A DNA stretch of 64,000 bases from Aureliella sp. (GTDB lineage: Bacteria; Planctomycetota; Planctomycetia; Pirellulales; Pirellulaceae), in the NCBI GenBank assembly GCA_963691875.1, contig OY829846.1, forward strand, positions 448,001 through 512,000. The letters run 5' to 3'. How positions within the stretch are numbered: the stretch's first letter is position 1; the number at the start of each line of letters is the position of its first letter. Positions 50,170-60,401 of this stretch are shown here, one piece after another. The translations under genes were made by a program, and so were the position numbers. The notes below the pieces were generated by a model. That model worked only from the letters and a program-made list of their open reading frames with translations. It had not been told where the DNA came from and did not search any database.

Positions 50170-51477
50170 CTAGTGTTTTTCGAGAGAACAGGAAAGAAGG
50201 CGATCTGCTATGGCCTGGAGCTGCTGCTCGGCAGCTTCCTTCACAGACGGTACACACTGTGAAATCAATCTTTTGGTTTCAAACCTGTTGACAAGGGATT
50301 GAAGCGTGCATTCAACGAGTTCTGCAGTGCTCGATTGACGAGGATCGAATACCTGTTCACCTGCGCCGCACATCTCAAATACTCCTCTCGCTTTGTCAGA
50401 ATAAGCGATGGTACAAGTAGGAACGAGAGAAGATAGTGCCGCTATGGTCGAATGCATCCGAGTTCCACAGAACCAGTCCATCTGCGCGATCAACCACTTC
50501 ACTTCACACTCGTCCAAAGAAGATGGAGTAACCATGATGCGGTCGCTGTATTTTGCCCTGTACTTCTGGTAGATCTCTTCACAAGCCTGCGGATCCGACT
50601 CATGGCTCCCGTGGCGTGCCATGACATGTGGAACCAAGAAAACTCGCCCTTCCGTCTCTGCCAAGACACGTTGGACGACCTGCTCGATGGTTTCACGGTA
50701 GTTTGCACGGAAGTTGTATTGGGTTTTGGCGGCGGTGACGTCATTGTAGATTAATCCACTGACGTTCAGTCCAAAGTTTGGGGTGGAGTCATCTAACCAT
50801 TCCAATAGCTGCTCAGGCAGTTGGGACGGTTTACGAATCGGAAGGCCAAATGCCACATCAACACCGCACCGATGATTCATTGGATTAAACCGACTGCCTA
50901 ATAAATCCGCTAGGACTTCGAAACTGCGTTTATCTCTTGCCCACGCCATTTCAGCGCCAAGCACTGCATGAAGTGCCAACTTCCGGTTCTTCGGACAGGC
51001 AAAGGGGCCATACGTTTGCGGCATTAAAAACAACGGGATACGCCGCTGGATCGCAATTAACTTGGGTTTCAAGATGCTAAAAAAACGCTGCGTTCCGTAG
51101 ATATCACTAAAACTATCACCCCCAGAGATATCGAGAGCCGCTGCTGAGGAATCTATTTCGCGAATCCCAGAATTCAGAAAGGCGCCTAGAGCACCAAGTC
51201 TAGACGCGATTTTCATCATATGGACATTTTCTGAGCGATCGAATCTTTTTCCACCACGCAGTCCCCTGAGCCTGATATCTATTAGTGTCCCGCAAGGAAG
51301 CTCGTGCTTCCTGTGTCGCTGTCCCATACCGCTGTCGAATACGGTAAATCGCGTAAACGGTAGTCTTGTTGAAAGACCGCTTAAGGTCGCGGAATACAAT
51401 GCAGAAACACCGCGATTTGTTGTGGCGGGGTCGCAGCCAAATACAGAAAGTTTTAAGGGCGATAATTCAGAGGCCAT
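50170..51477 (-). CDS. polysaccharide pyruvyl transferase family (WcaK-like)
   Basis: NRGVSAL, DISGGDSFSDIYG, PQTYGPF, ARD..S, VDVAF, GLNVSGL, GTRMHS.IAALS and AYSDK. The start could be further upstream (up to 51585). Confidence 0.9.
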   Translation of the reverse strand: MASELSPLKLSVFGCDPATTNRGVSALYSATLSGLSTRLPFTRFTVFDSGMGQRHRKHELPCGTLIDIRLRGLRGGKRFDRSENVHMMKIASRLGALGAFLNSGIREIDSSAAALDISGGDSFSDIYGTQRFFSILKPKLIAIQRRIPLFLMPQTYGPFACPKNRKLALHAVLGAEMAWARDKRSFEVLADLLGSRFNPMNHRCGVDVAFGLPIRKPSQLPEQLLEWLDDSTPNFGLNVSGLIYNDVTAAKTQYNFRANYRETIEQVVQRVLAETEGRVFLVPHVMARHGSHESDPQACEEIYQKYRAKYSDRIMVTPSSLDECEVKWLIAQMDWFCGTRMHSTIAALSSLVPTCTIAYSDKARGVFEMCGAGEQVFDPRQSSTAELVECTLQSLVNRFETKRLISQCVPSVKEAAEQQLQAIADRLLSCSLEKH

Positions 51478-52149
51478 GGTGTCTGGTTCGAAACCTGTGA
51501 GAGCGTTCATTACTACGGGCCCGTCGAAACGCCCGTACACATAAGTTTTAACATCTGCCTTATACCGTCTCACCGCGCAAAGCATGGAGTCGGGGCTGTT
51601 TTAAGGACCGAGACAATGAGAATGGAAAAAATTTACAACTCTCGATTGTGCGGATTCGTCCTGATAAATCGTTGGTAGAAAACAAATTTATACGTCAAAC
51701 ATATGACGAGTTTGGTTTCAGTTGACTAGCGCTACCAATTTTGGCAAGTGCGACTCGACTGGTAAAAAAAATTATCGCGCTGGTTGGTTTGGGACATCGC
51801 TCGAACAAAACGATGGGAACTCTCCTAAATCGGCTTTTTGCATTGTGTCCGAATTTCTCGCTGGGAAAGGTACAGTTTGTCGCGTTGAAAAACGCAGAGA
51901 TAATAAGCTGCGGTCTTTTGAATTCGCATCGTCGTGAGATGACGTTTTGGTTTGCCCTTCATCAGTTGAAGACGAGATCGTTCACTACTTTCACGGTGCG
52001 ATTCATCGCTCTGCGAGATATTAACTCACGGACAGAGATAAAGAGATTCAGGTCTATCAGCGCGGACTTCGTCCCCGTCGGTGACTACCGCTAGACGACA
52101 ATTATCAGTTTAATCCCCTTGTTCATTTTTGCGACTCTGTTTCGTGCTG

Positions 52150-52750
52150 ATTTCGCCCGCAGCTCTTTGAGCAACGAGCCGTCGAAGCTCCGTTGTCTAC
52201 TTTCTAGTGCCGCTGGTAAGACACTTCCGTTCGCCGGCGAATTCTTGAGCTTTCTACGACTTTCAAGCACTGGAATTTAAATACTCTGGGACAACACTGC
52301 GTTCATATGTTGGGTCGGTAATCGTTAACCGGAATATTCTGCTTTGCGAAATGGTGCTCGTCGCTTTGCATACCATCGATATGTTCGGTCCGTATTCGAA
52401 GGTCTTATGGCATAAGACAAGACCAGCGAGAAACCGGAAGATCAACTCGGGAGCAGCGATGTCAACACGTCCAAGTTCACATGGCAAACAGATTTCGTTC
52501 CAGTTATCTGCGTAGACTCTTCGATCGCTTACACGCACCCATCAAGTTTTACAGTGACAGAATTGTTGGTCGATAAAAATACAGAAAGAAAATCGGGCAG
52601 GTAGCCGAGATGCTCTCAGAGATTCGGCAACTTTGGCGTTATGAAATTAGATATTAGTCAACCTTTTTAAGCGTCTCACGATTTCCATATCGAGATGGCT
52701 GCAGGGCGGGCAGTTTAGTCATGAACAAGGAACAACCAATGACCGAAATA
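52150..52750 (-). mobile_element. very decayed IS3 orfB-like relic
   Basis: Words PSRYGNRE, ICLPCELGR..I.A, EYLNSS and QEFAG in IS3 orfB order. Weak. Confidence 0.3.
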
Positions 52751-52937
52751 AGTACAGGTAGAGGCAATGCAGTGTCCGCGCAATTTCAAAATGGAATCGC
52801 CTAGAGACCATGCCTCGAATAATTAGCGTGGGGTATTAAGCGTCGCTCAGAAAACATCGAGAATATCGTGTTTGGGTATGTCCATTTTCTTCAATGACTG
52901 TTAACAAGGCTGTGCAAAAACAGTAGCCAAAGAAAAT

Positions 52938-53515
52938 TAGAGTGCCCTGTCTATTTGATACACGAATAAGTTGGGTAATTGATTCCGGTTCGCTGTTCGG
53001 CCTTAATGCGGAGATCGCAGCGATTGTAGTTAGAGCGGCATTGCGAGATGCGAACGCCGCCGTACTGAGTCATCAAGTGAACCTTGATGCCAACGATGCT
53101 TGTCGCTCTGCAGCTATTGTGTGTCGAGGAGGCGTGATATCTGCACGCTCGTGAATTCATCGCAGTTGAGGCTTTCGTCTTTATAATTGCTGTTAAAGCT
53201 CCCAACGTAGCTGTTCTGCGACGGGCTACGTGGCTCGACGCAAAACGTACCTACGTCGATCGATTTAAGGTGCTCACGGCTCGATCGGCAATGAATTCCG
53301 CCGCGCCGACTGTCCCTTCTCTGCCAAGTGGACTTGATGATATCAATTCTCTTGAATTATTGTGCTTCTCAGGCACCGTCCGCGGGCATCAGTCGCCGTT
53401 TCTGAGGTAGCGCAACAATCTATTCAATCTCTCTTTGTTTTTGTTTTCTTGTCATGGGAGCCCTCCTTTTGAGATGCATCGAACAACACGCGCATCAGAT
53501 TTTGGGAGCACTATA
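52938..53515 (-). mobile_element. internally deleted IS3-family mini-element with both ends
   Basis: Imperfect IRs TATAGTGCTCCCAAAATCTGATGCGCG and TAGAGTGCCCTGTCTATTTGATACACG. AGGAGG then orfA start MTRKQKQ...IV, joined to orfB VPEK and AEFIA...SIDVGT..VEPRSPSQNSYVGSFNS..KDESLNCDEFTSV. Confidence 0.75.
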
Positions 53516-53916
53516 CCTTGTTTTGCTTTTTCTCGATTCTTCTGTGAATCGCAGTGTCCGTGATGATCTCGAATCGATTGCTATTTACATTCATTGTATC
53601 TTGCGACGATCCATGGCAGAGCGTCGTTGACTACAACTTCAGTCTTAGTGGCGTGTGCTATCAAGACGTAACGAGTGCCAAGCTTAATAAGTGTTTGCAT
53701 TCAGCTCTGAAGGCACACATGCAACCACCGTTTGCCTCGTGGTCCCCTGAGCCTCTGCTCATCAAAACTTTTGCGTCTGTGTAGGATACAACGCTAGTAA
53801 CATGAGAGATTTCGAAATGGCTAGAGCGAATTTCCCACGTCATGCCCACATGAATGTTGCTTCGGTTTTTGCTGCCACGCTAAATTCGCAGCGAAAGCAG
53901 CAGGAACCCGGCTTCA

Positions 53917-54399
53917 TTACTTATCACTTGCTATGAACTGCCGAATACGCTTGATGAGCTCGGGTGACGCGGACGACCTTAGTCGGTTCGGATAGTCGAT
54001 GCAGGCAAGACGGTTTAGTTTCCCTAAGAGTTCCACTTCGTCTACTGCTACTTCTATGCCTTTCTGGCTAGAAAACTGCTTTGCAGTGGCGACCTGATGG
54101 TCGTTCCTTGTTTCTTTTCGAGCCGCCAATCGTGGCATGACCAAGATCGGCTTACCATACTGAAGTGCGGTTATTATTGATCCCATGCCAGCATGAGCCA
54201 CAAGAACCGAACAGTTTTTTACTCGAAGCTTAAACTCATCTGGCTCTATGAAACGCGTGAACTCAAGGTTTGCCGGCTTTAGTGTACTATCGCCAATCTG
54301 AGCAAATATATCAGCATCGGGATTCTTGCCGGCCCAATCGTCGACTGACGAGACAAGTCGATCAAACGCCATTTGATAACCAACTGTAACGAAAATCAA
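53917..54399 (-). CDS. pssE: PssE/CpsG (Alg13-like) glycosyltransferase subunit
   Basis: MIFVTVGYQMAFDRL, AQIG, HAGMGSII and MPR....E.RNDHQ. Confidence 0.9.
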   Translation of the reverse strand: MIFVTVGYQMAFDRLVSSVDDWAGKNPDADIFAQIGDSTLKPANLEFTRFIEPDEFKLRVKNCSVLVAHAGMGSIITALQYGKPILVMPRLAARKETRNDHQVATAKQFSSQKGIEVAVDEVELLGKLNRLACIDYPNRLRSSASPELIKRIRQFIASDK

Positions 54400-54866
54400 A
54401 GCACGCTCCCTGCATATTCAACGTCGTTTGACTCAGCGACGTGCTGCCACTGCGACAAGATAAGTGAAGCTCGTGGGCGTATTCGTTTTCCGGAGAGAGA
54501 AAGTTCCTCCGCGTTCGCGATGGAATCGACCCAGCAAGTCTTCGCTCCAAACCAGCGACCGAATACGAGGGCGAAATAGCCGGGCGCAGCACCGGTGGAG
54601 ATAACTACGTCTGGTCGGACCCGAACCATTATCCACAGCATTTTTGCAGCCATGATCATGAGGCCCAGCTTATTCCATCGCGTCGCGTCTGGAATTACGT
54701 GGAAGTCTTCACCTAAGACGTCATTCCTGTAACTCCGCGAAACTGTGACGTAAGTGACTTTGGTATTTTCAAATGCGGGTCTAAGTCGCAAGAGCTGCAA
54801 CCAATGTCCACCGCCAGATGCGACGGCGAGAAGTTTGCGAGGTCGATTATGCTCGTTTTCCGTCAT
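54396..54866 (-). CDS. pssD: PssD/CpsF (Alg14-like) glycosyltransferase subunit
   Basis: LLAVASGGGHWLQLLRL, RPDVVISTGAAPG, WVDSIAN.EELSLSG and SQW. Confidence 0.9.
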   Translation of the reverse strand: MTENEHNRPRKLLAVASGGGHWLQLLRLRPAFENTKVTYVTVSRSYRNDVLGEDFHVIPDATRWNKLGLMIMAAKMLWIMVRVRPDVVISTGAAPGYFALVFGRWFGAKTCWVDSIANAEELSLSGKRIRPRASLILSQWQHVAESNDVEYAGSVL

Positions 54867-55564
54867 TTATGTCGCCATTGAGACTCAGGTATCGGGGCGA
54901 TCTGCCAACCTCGATCTCGGGCGAGGTCGAGAAGAGCAACGGTAAGCGCGTTCACAAAGTGCTCGCGTTCGTCACGCAACGGTCCGAAGCGTTCGTGGTC
55001 ATGCATGAGAATCACTCCTCCTCCCTGAGCGTCCACGCGTTCAACCACATCTTCAACGGATGGCAGTTCGGGATAGGTATCGCCGCTTACAACTGTCCAA
55101 GTGGAAATCTGTAGGCCCTGTAGCCGTGCGGCTAGTATGCTCAGGAGGTTCAGTTTTCCGTAGGGTGGCCGGTAGGTTGATAATGAAAAATCTGCCGAAT
55201 AAAGGACAGATGGAATCTGTGAGGTGTCTCGCCAGCAAGCAATTGGGAAAGAACGCCATTGATTAAGATGTGTTTTAGAGTGCCACGCAATTTCATGCCC
55301 TGAACTGGCTATCCTGGAGAGCACTTCCGGATATCTCTCTGCTGATTTTCCTATCACAAAAAAGGTTGCCTGAGCGTTCCTAGCAGCGAGGATCGACAGA
55401 ATACGATCAGTGTGGGAAGGGCTAGGCCCATCGTCGTAAGTTAGTGCGAGCCGACCTGCGCCACATAGCGACGCAGCTCGTCGGTCAGCGAGAAAGCGCG
55501 CGACAACTCCGCTCCCAAAGTAGATAACTAGGCAAGTGAGACTCAAAAAAAGAAAAGTTGACAT
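54863..55564 (-). CDS. polysaccharide deacetylase (NodB/CE4)
   Basis: N-terminal TM, LTYDDGP, ATFFVIG, HEI..HS..H, RPPYG and ILMHD. Confidence 0.92.
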   Translation of the reverse strand: MSTFLFLSLTCLVIYFGSGVVARFLADRRAASLCGAGRLALTYDDGPSPSHTDRILSILAARNAQATFFVIGKSAERYPEVLSRIASSGHEIAWHSKTHLNQWRSFPIACWRDTSQIPSVLYSADFSLSTYRPPYGKLNLLSILAARLQGLQISTWTVVSGDTYPELPSVEDVVERVDAQGGGVILMHDHERFGPLRDEREHFVNALTVALLDLARDRGWQIAPIPESQWRHK

Positions 55565-55879
55565 GCGGGATTCAAAATGGACACTGAGCTAAGAGGGCAT
55601 TGGGGCTAATGATCCTGGCGGGTAAAGTGTGGCTATTTAACGTTAATCATAATTTAATGTCGCGAAACCCTTTATACTGGGAAAACCGCAAATTTTGGCA
55701 GAACCCGTAGATATTCCGCGGAGAGCCCTCGAACAGGCAGGTTTTGCCTGGTTCCGTCTATCTCGGGTTGTGTTTTCGCTGTGACCTTCCAGCATAAAAT
55801 TGCAACGTTTTGAGTGAGACAGTCTTGCTCCGGCGTACAGCTCGGAGATGACTTTCAGAATGCCTCAGAAAAATCATGC

Positions 55880-56560
55880 AGTGGATTAGCTCGTTGTCAA
55901 ACTTCGTAAAGTCGATCGGGGAAGTTGGTAATTAGAAGACCCTACCTGCGATAGGCCAGGATGGGTGGACTCACCGGGGATCATCGCTTGTCGGCATAAA
56001 AGAGGCTTTTGCAGAGCTGGCGGAGGGTGATGCTTTCAAACTTTTTATCAATCAATGGCATGCTTTCTGTAATGCTGCCAATGCGGTTAGCGTGTCGTCA
56101 CGGAGCGTTCAGGAATCGGATGAAAGTAAGCTCCAGCGATTAAACCGTATGGCGCCTAAGCTTCGGTAGAAAAACTTACAGAAAAAGTAAAACGTCTAAT
56201 GAAACAGCCTCAGCAAGCTGAGATGGAACGTGAAATATCACGAATGCCACGCACCATTCCTCGAAGGAGTCGAAGTGAAGTACGCCTGGCTCTAAGAGCA
56301 CAAAGACTCCTTCATGATCAAATCGGTACGCAAGTGGGTGGGTGTGAGCACTAGCGGCTTCTACGCTTTAAGACGCCCGGAACCAAATGCACGAAAGCTG
56401 GGAAGCCATAAGCTACATCAACATATAGCCGCGGTCCATCGCGACTCAAATGAGATCTATGGCAGCTAGAAAATCGCAGACGGGCTTCTCAAAAACTCGA
56501 AATTTTAATCGGCTTACCGCAACCCTGTTGCTCGTGCGGTGCAGGAAATGCAGCTTAAGA
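55880..56560 (+). mobile_element. decayed IS3-family element (orfA + orfB start)
   Basis: DAFKL..., KRL.KQ.QQAEMEREI, VKYAW..EHKDSF.I......VSTSGFY, IYGS*KIA and RNPVARA.QEM.L. Confidence 0.72.
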
Positions 56561-56951
56561 GAAGCGATTCATCCCAACCATTACAATCACAGTACCGCAT
56601 TCCTACTGTTTTATCGATCCTTCCCTTGATATCCGTGTTCCCAGTGGGACGGTAAGAGATTCGAACGTGATCGGATTTGGCTCTCGCGAAGAAATTGTCA
56701 TAGACGCCCACGCAATCATCTAAGGATAGCATTACTTCGAGTGGCGTTTGGAGGTCAGATAAGGGAAACAAATCCGCTACGCAATGAGACGCATCTTCAG
56801 AGTGGTCGCGATGTGTTGGAGCGCGGGGACGGAACCTTTGCAAGCTCAAACGAGCCCGGGTGAGGACAGTCAAAGAAACTATCTCCTCACCCGAACTGAC
56901 AACAGGATATGTTTCACGAGGCGAAGATTGGGACTGCAGTGGCGTCACTGC

Positions 56952-58247
56952 TCATTGACCAGACGAATGCTCGTTACCAGATGCTTCGTAAGGTTCTACT
57001 CGCAGCCGCTTCCGCAACTTCTTTTTAAATACTCTTTTGGCAGTACCAAGGACACTTTGGATTTTCTGTCGAAAAGTAAGCTCACTCAACCAAAAACGAA
57101 ACATGGGGAAACCTATGAAGCGTGGAGCATTAGCACCAAGAAGTTTGCAGACCAACATCCGCGCCCAAATCATTCCGCGAGTCATAAGTAAATGATTCTG
57201 AGATGCTGGCAAAGTCCAAGCTTCAACTGGCTCCGCTACCAAGTAACCTTTCTCGATCGCATCCTTGATAATTTGTCGTCCCCGATTTGTTCTTGCAAGA
57301 ATCAGCGACTTACCAGGATCGCTCGAGTCCTGCGGTCGATACCAAGGATCCCCAACGGCGATGTCCGCGAGTTCACCCGTGTGATCAGCACATACATAGC
57401 AACGCCACTGCCGATACTTCTGAAGCTTTCCCCAACTGTCTGCGTAAGTCATTTGGGCAGATCGCTTCTCGCCGCTGCTGTCTACCCAAACGGCCTCAGC
57501 CATCCCGGGCCAGCCTTTACCACGGTAACGCAACTCTTTCACAGACATGGGGTCGGATACTCCCATTTCCTTCAACAGGTCAAGGGTCCCCTGACTAGAG
57601 GGCGCCCCGGCGCAAAAAAATGCGATATTTAGTCCAAGATTCTCGTTTAGTTTGGGCCGCAAGCTAGCAGCATGCTGTGTGGCCGCGGCATCGCATGGCT
57701 TACCTATAAAGACACAAGGTCCAGGCGCCTTCTCAATTAGTTCGAGTCCATCGCAGGGACTAGCGGGTGCATAGCGTGATCCAGCGCCCGAAATCAGCTC
57801 CTCTTTATTGCGGCTTAATGACGTGCGGTTGAGAAAGGGAACATCCTCACGCTTCTTGACATGTAACGCTCCATACATGCCGAGTTCCTCGATGCAGTAG
57901 AGTGCAATAGCTGATGCTGCTCCACCACTCGATCCGTGAAAGCGAATCTCTGCATCGCCAGAGTAGCCTTCAAACAACCCATAAACAGGCCCCCATGCCG
58001 GTAAAAGCTCTTGAATGAGTTCGGGGTCTTCGGTGTCGAAGCTGTGGTTTAGCCCCTTGCCCGGACAGGCTCCCGCGGCATCGTGTAGCTCCGCGAGTCC
58101 GGCATCTGAGTCGATTATCGGTCGGCGACCTAGTTTGACATCATCGACCATCTTGATCGCATCTGGCGCAAGGTAAGCGCAGACGCCGCAACCACTGCAC
58201 ATTTGTGTTTCGACTATTTCCGGAATCGTTTTCACTAGGCTCATCAA
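56952..58247 (-). CDS. coenzyme F420 hydrogenase/dehydrogenase beta-subunit (FrhB)-like Fe-S protein
   Basis: CSGCGVC ferredoxin-like motif, CPG, GSSGG, GSRYAP.SP, IGKPC, FFCAG, YRG.GWPG, RC.VC.D.TGELADI.VGDPW and G.S.I.AR. Confidence 0.88.
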   Translation of the reverse strand: MMSLVKTIPEIVETQMCSGCGVCAYLAPDAIKMVDDVKLGRRPIIDSDAGLAELHDAAGACPGKGLNHSFDTEDPELIQELLPAWGPVYGLFEGYSGDAEIRFHGSSGGAASAIALYCIEELGMYGALHVKKREDVPFLNRTSLSRNKEELISGAGSRYAPASPCDGLELIEKAPGPCVFIGKPCDAAATQHAASLRPKLNENLGLNIAFFCAGAPSSQGTLDLLKEMGVSDPMSVKELRYRGKGWPGMAEAVWVDSSGEKRSAQMTYADSWGKLQKYRQWRCYVCADHTGELADIAVGDPWYRPQDSSDPGKSLILARTNRGRQIIKDAIEKGYLVAEPVEAWTLPASQNHLLMTRGMIWARMLVCKLLGANAPRFIGFPMFRFWLSELTFRQKIQSVLGTAKRVFKKKLRKRLRVEPYEASGNEHSSGQ

Positions 58248-58599
58248 CCTACGAGTATTTTGCGAACACGTTGTAAGTCATCACAACTAGGGAGACACTA
58301 AATTCCTAAGCAGAAAATTGTTAGCAGAACCGGTGCCCCCTGCCTCATTTTACTCTGCGATTGGCCGCGACGATGTCTGAAAACGCGATCCTTTTCAAAT
58401 GGCCGCTCTTGTGGTGTGGATATTACATGTAACTTTTGCCGGGAAGCACTCGTTCTATCAGAACTTGAAAGATGTTTTAGGGAGAACGAAATCTGCCATC
58501 TGTAAAATCCCCCATACCTTCTAGGATAACCGACTGTTAGATCATCATAAGAGTAGTTCATCTTATTAAATCCCTAAGCAATTTCCTGCGTCGGAAAAC

Positions 58600-59030
58600 A
58601 GCCTTGCACTTCGTGTCTATCTGCGCGGGCATATTCCGAAAGATAATCTGGGTAATCGTGGCCGCTGCATTTACCAAACGTTGTGGAGGTACGCGTTCCG
58701 CTTTCGATGTAGCCTGATATAAGCGTGAGCCGCCTCGGCTTGGTATCATAACAAAGGTGGACGTGGGAAAGTGTTTGAATCGAGAGTCTCAACAGCCTAT
58801 TGCGGGACGACTTTTTAGTCCGCGACGGGTTCCAAAACCCTCAGCAAGGCGGACAGATAATTTGCGATCGGCATTCACACCACAACCATCATCGCCCGCA
58901 CACCCGCTTGGGTTGCAACCAGCCCGCAGCACTCATCCCAATCCAACTCAGCTGGAGCCACGCCTACGGGACTCTAGACCAACTTGTTGTTTAACCAATC
59001 CTCAACCTCACAAGCTTGAACTTGCTTCTT
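58600..59030 (+). mobile_element. IS3 orfB C-terminal relic
   Basis: IESLNSLLRDDFL....F.N.......HNHHRPHTRLG...PA. Confidence 0.65.
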
Positions 59031-59061
59031 TTGGCACTTCACATGGTTCTCGGCTAGTCGC

Positions 59062-59670
59062 TTACTTGCGTCGCAGTGGTTTTCGATGTCGCAGTTTGCT
59101 TTCGCACGCAGCGAGGCAAATAGTTGCGACACCTAACAACTCAAAGAGATAGCGCAATTTTACCCCGCAAATTGCTCCGGCAAGCCAACCGTCGAGCTGG
59201 TGTAGCGAAGCCGCTCTAACGAGAAGGAAAGTCCCCAGAACCGCCAAGCCAACAATTGCAACCATGCATTCTCGCCAGACACTTCGGAGTTGGTATGTAA
59301 CCCAAGCGGAAGAAACTGCCCCACAACAAACGACCAGAAAAATAAAGTACGCCTGGTACTCACGCCGCTGTTCGTACCAGCCATTTTCACGGGCCAGGGT
59401 TCGGCAAACTGTAATCATCCATGTTTGTACATCAAGTTGCTTATTTAAGCCCAGAAGGAAAACTACGCAGGACAGACCAAACCAAAATAAGTACAAACGT
59501 GATATCGACTCGCTGGGACGGATTCTTCTTACCGCCATCGCGTTCAGTACGCAAGTGACGAACGCCACGAAGTAAGATGCGGTGATACTCCAGCCAATAA
59601 AATCTGGGTCGCCAACCTTCAGCTCATACGGAGTGTTGAAAGCGATTCTGAAGACTTCGAGCATCACCAA
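59062..59670 (-). CDS. conserved membrane protein of unknown function (NKQLD motif)
   Basis: About 5 TM segments, GDP...GW, LGLNKQLDVQT, GWYE.RR.YQ and VRAASLH. A decayed paralog in this window supports it being a real gene. Confidence 0.8.
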   Translation of the reverse strand: MVMLEVFRIAFNTPYELKVGDPDFIGWSITASYFVAFVTCVLNAMAVRRIRPSESISRLYLFWFGLSCVVFLLGLNKQLDVQTWMITVCRTLARENGWYEQRREYQAYFIFLVVCCGAVSSAWVTYQLRSVWRECMVAIVGLAVLGTFLLVRAASLHQLDGWLAGAICGVKLRYLFELLGVATICLAACESKLRHRKPLRRK

Positions 59671-60401
59671 TTACCCTGTGCTCTGCATTCGCGACGCGGC
59701 TCTTTTTAAAAATGCCAAGAAGCATGAAAACAATAATCCAGTTATCTGAGCGACTGCTGATGTCATAAGGTAGTACTCTTACCTTTGAAAAATCCGTACA
59801 TCTTCGTTCCTCCCCCGTCGTGTTGAGGGTTGGTAGTCGTTGATTGAATGTGTTCGATCGCTTAGTGGGGTTCACTCTGCCTCCTCAGGGGTCATAGACG
59901 GATCACCCCCAGCTCTTCTTTTTGAAAGAGAATTGGAGGTGGCACTCGAGCAGTGCAATGATCTGGTGACATTGGGAGAGGAGGATTGCGAACAGGGCCC
60001 CTTCGAAAACGAATACCGAGTGCCATCGGAATGACAGATTCAAATGAGAACTGGACGATCCGGCGCCTTCATCTCTGAGCATCTGGGATTCAATCCTCCT
60101 AACTTTCGCCCTTAGAAGCGGTAACAATGCACGGCGTATGCCTGAGGTTATATTTTCGCTGACGCATTTGGCTTGTAGAGTTACACGATATTCGCAGACT
60201 TGCTCGTCTTCGAGGGCACATTCGATCTCTGGCGGAGCCATGAAACGCATTCATGTCGCGACCGAATACATTGCATAGCAATGCTTGTCTTGCAACCTAA
60301 AGCCAAGAAACCAACAATATTGAACGCGAATGTACCGACTAGTTGGATACTCGGTCTGATCAGACTCCCAGGTACCTTCAAGCGATCTGCGCTGTTTTGC
60401 A

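Noticed and set aside
55660..55760. possible c-di-GMP-I riboswitch upstream of the deacetylase (GGCAAAACC word)
   Set aside because: It lacks the GAAA tetraloop stem and the GACGCAAAGC consensus.
56640..56680. GTTCGAATC T-loop-like word on the minus strand
   Set aside because: No paired T-stem or cloverleaf, so not a tRNA.
59700..60400. short ORFs between the priming GT and the NKQLD gene
   Set aside because: Overlapping ORFs on both strands with no motif, so none can be supported.
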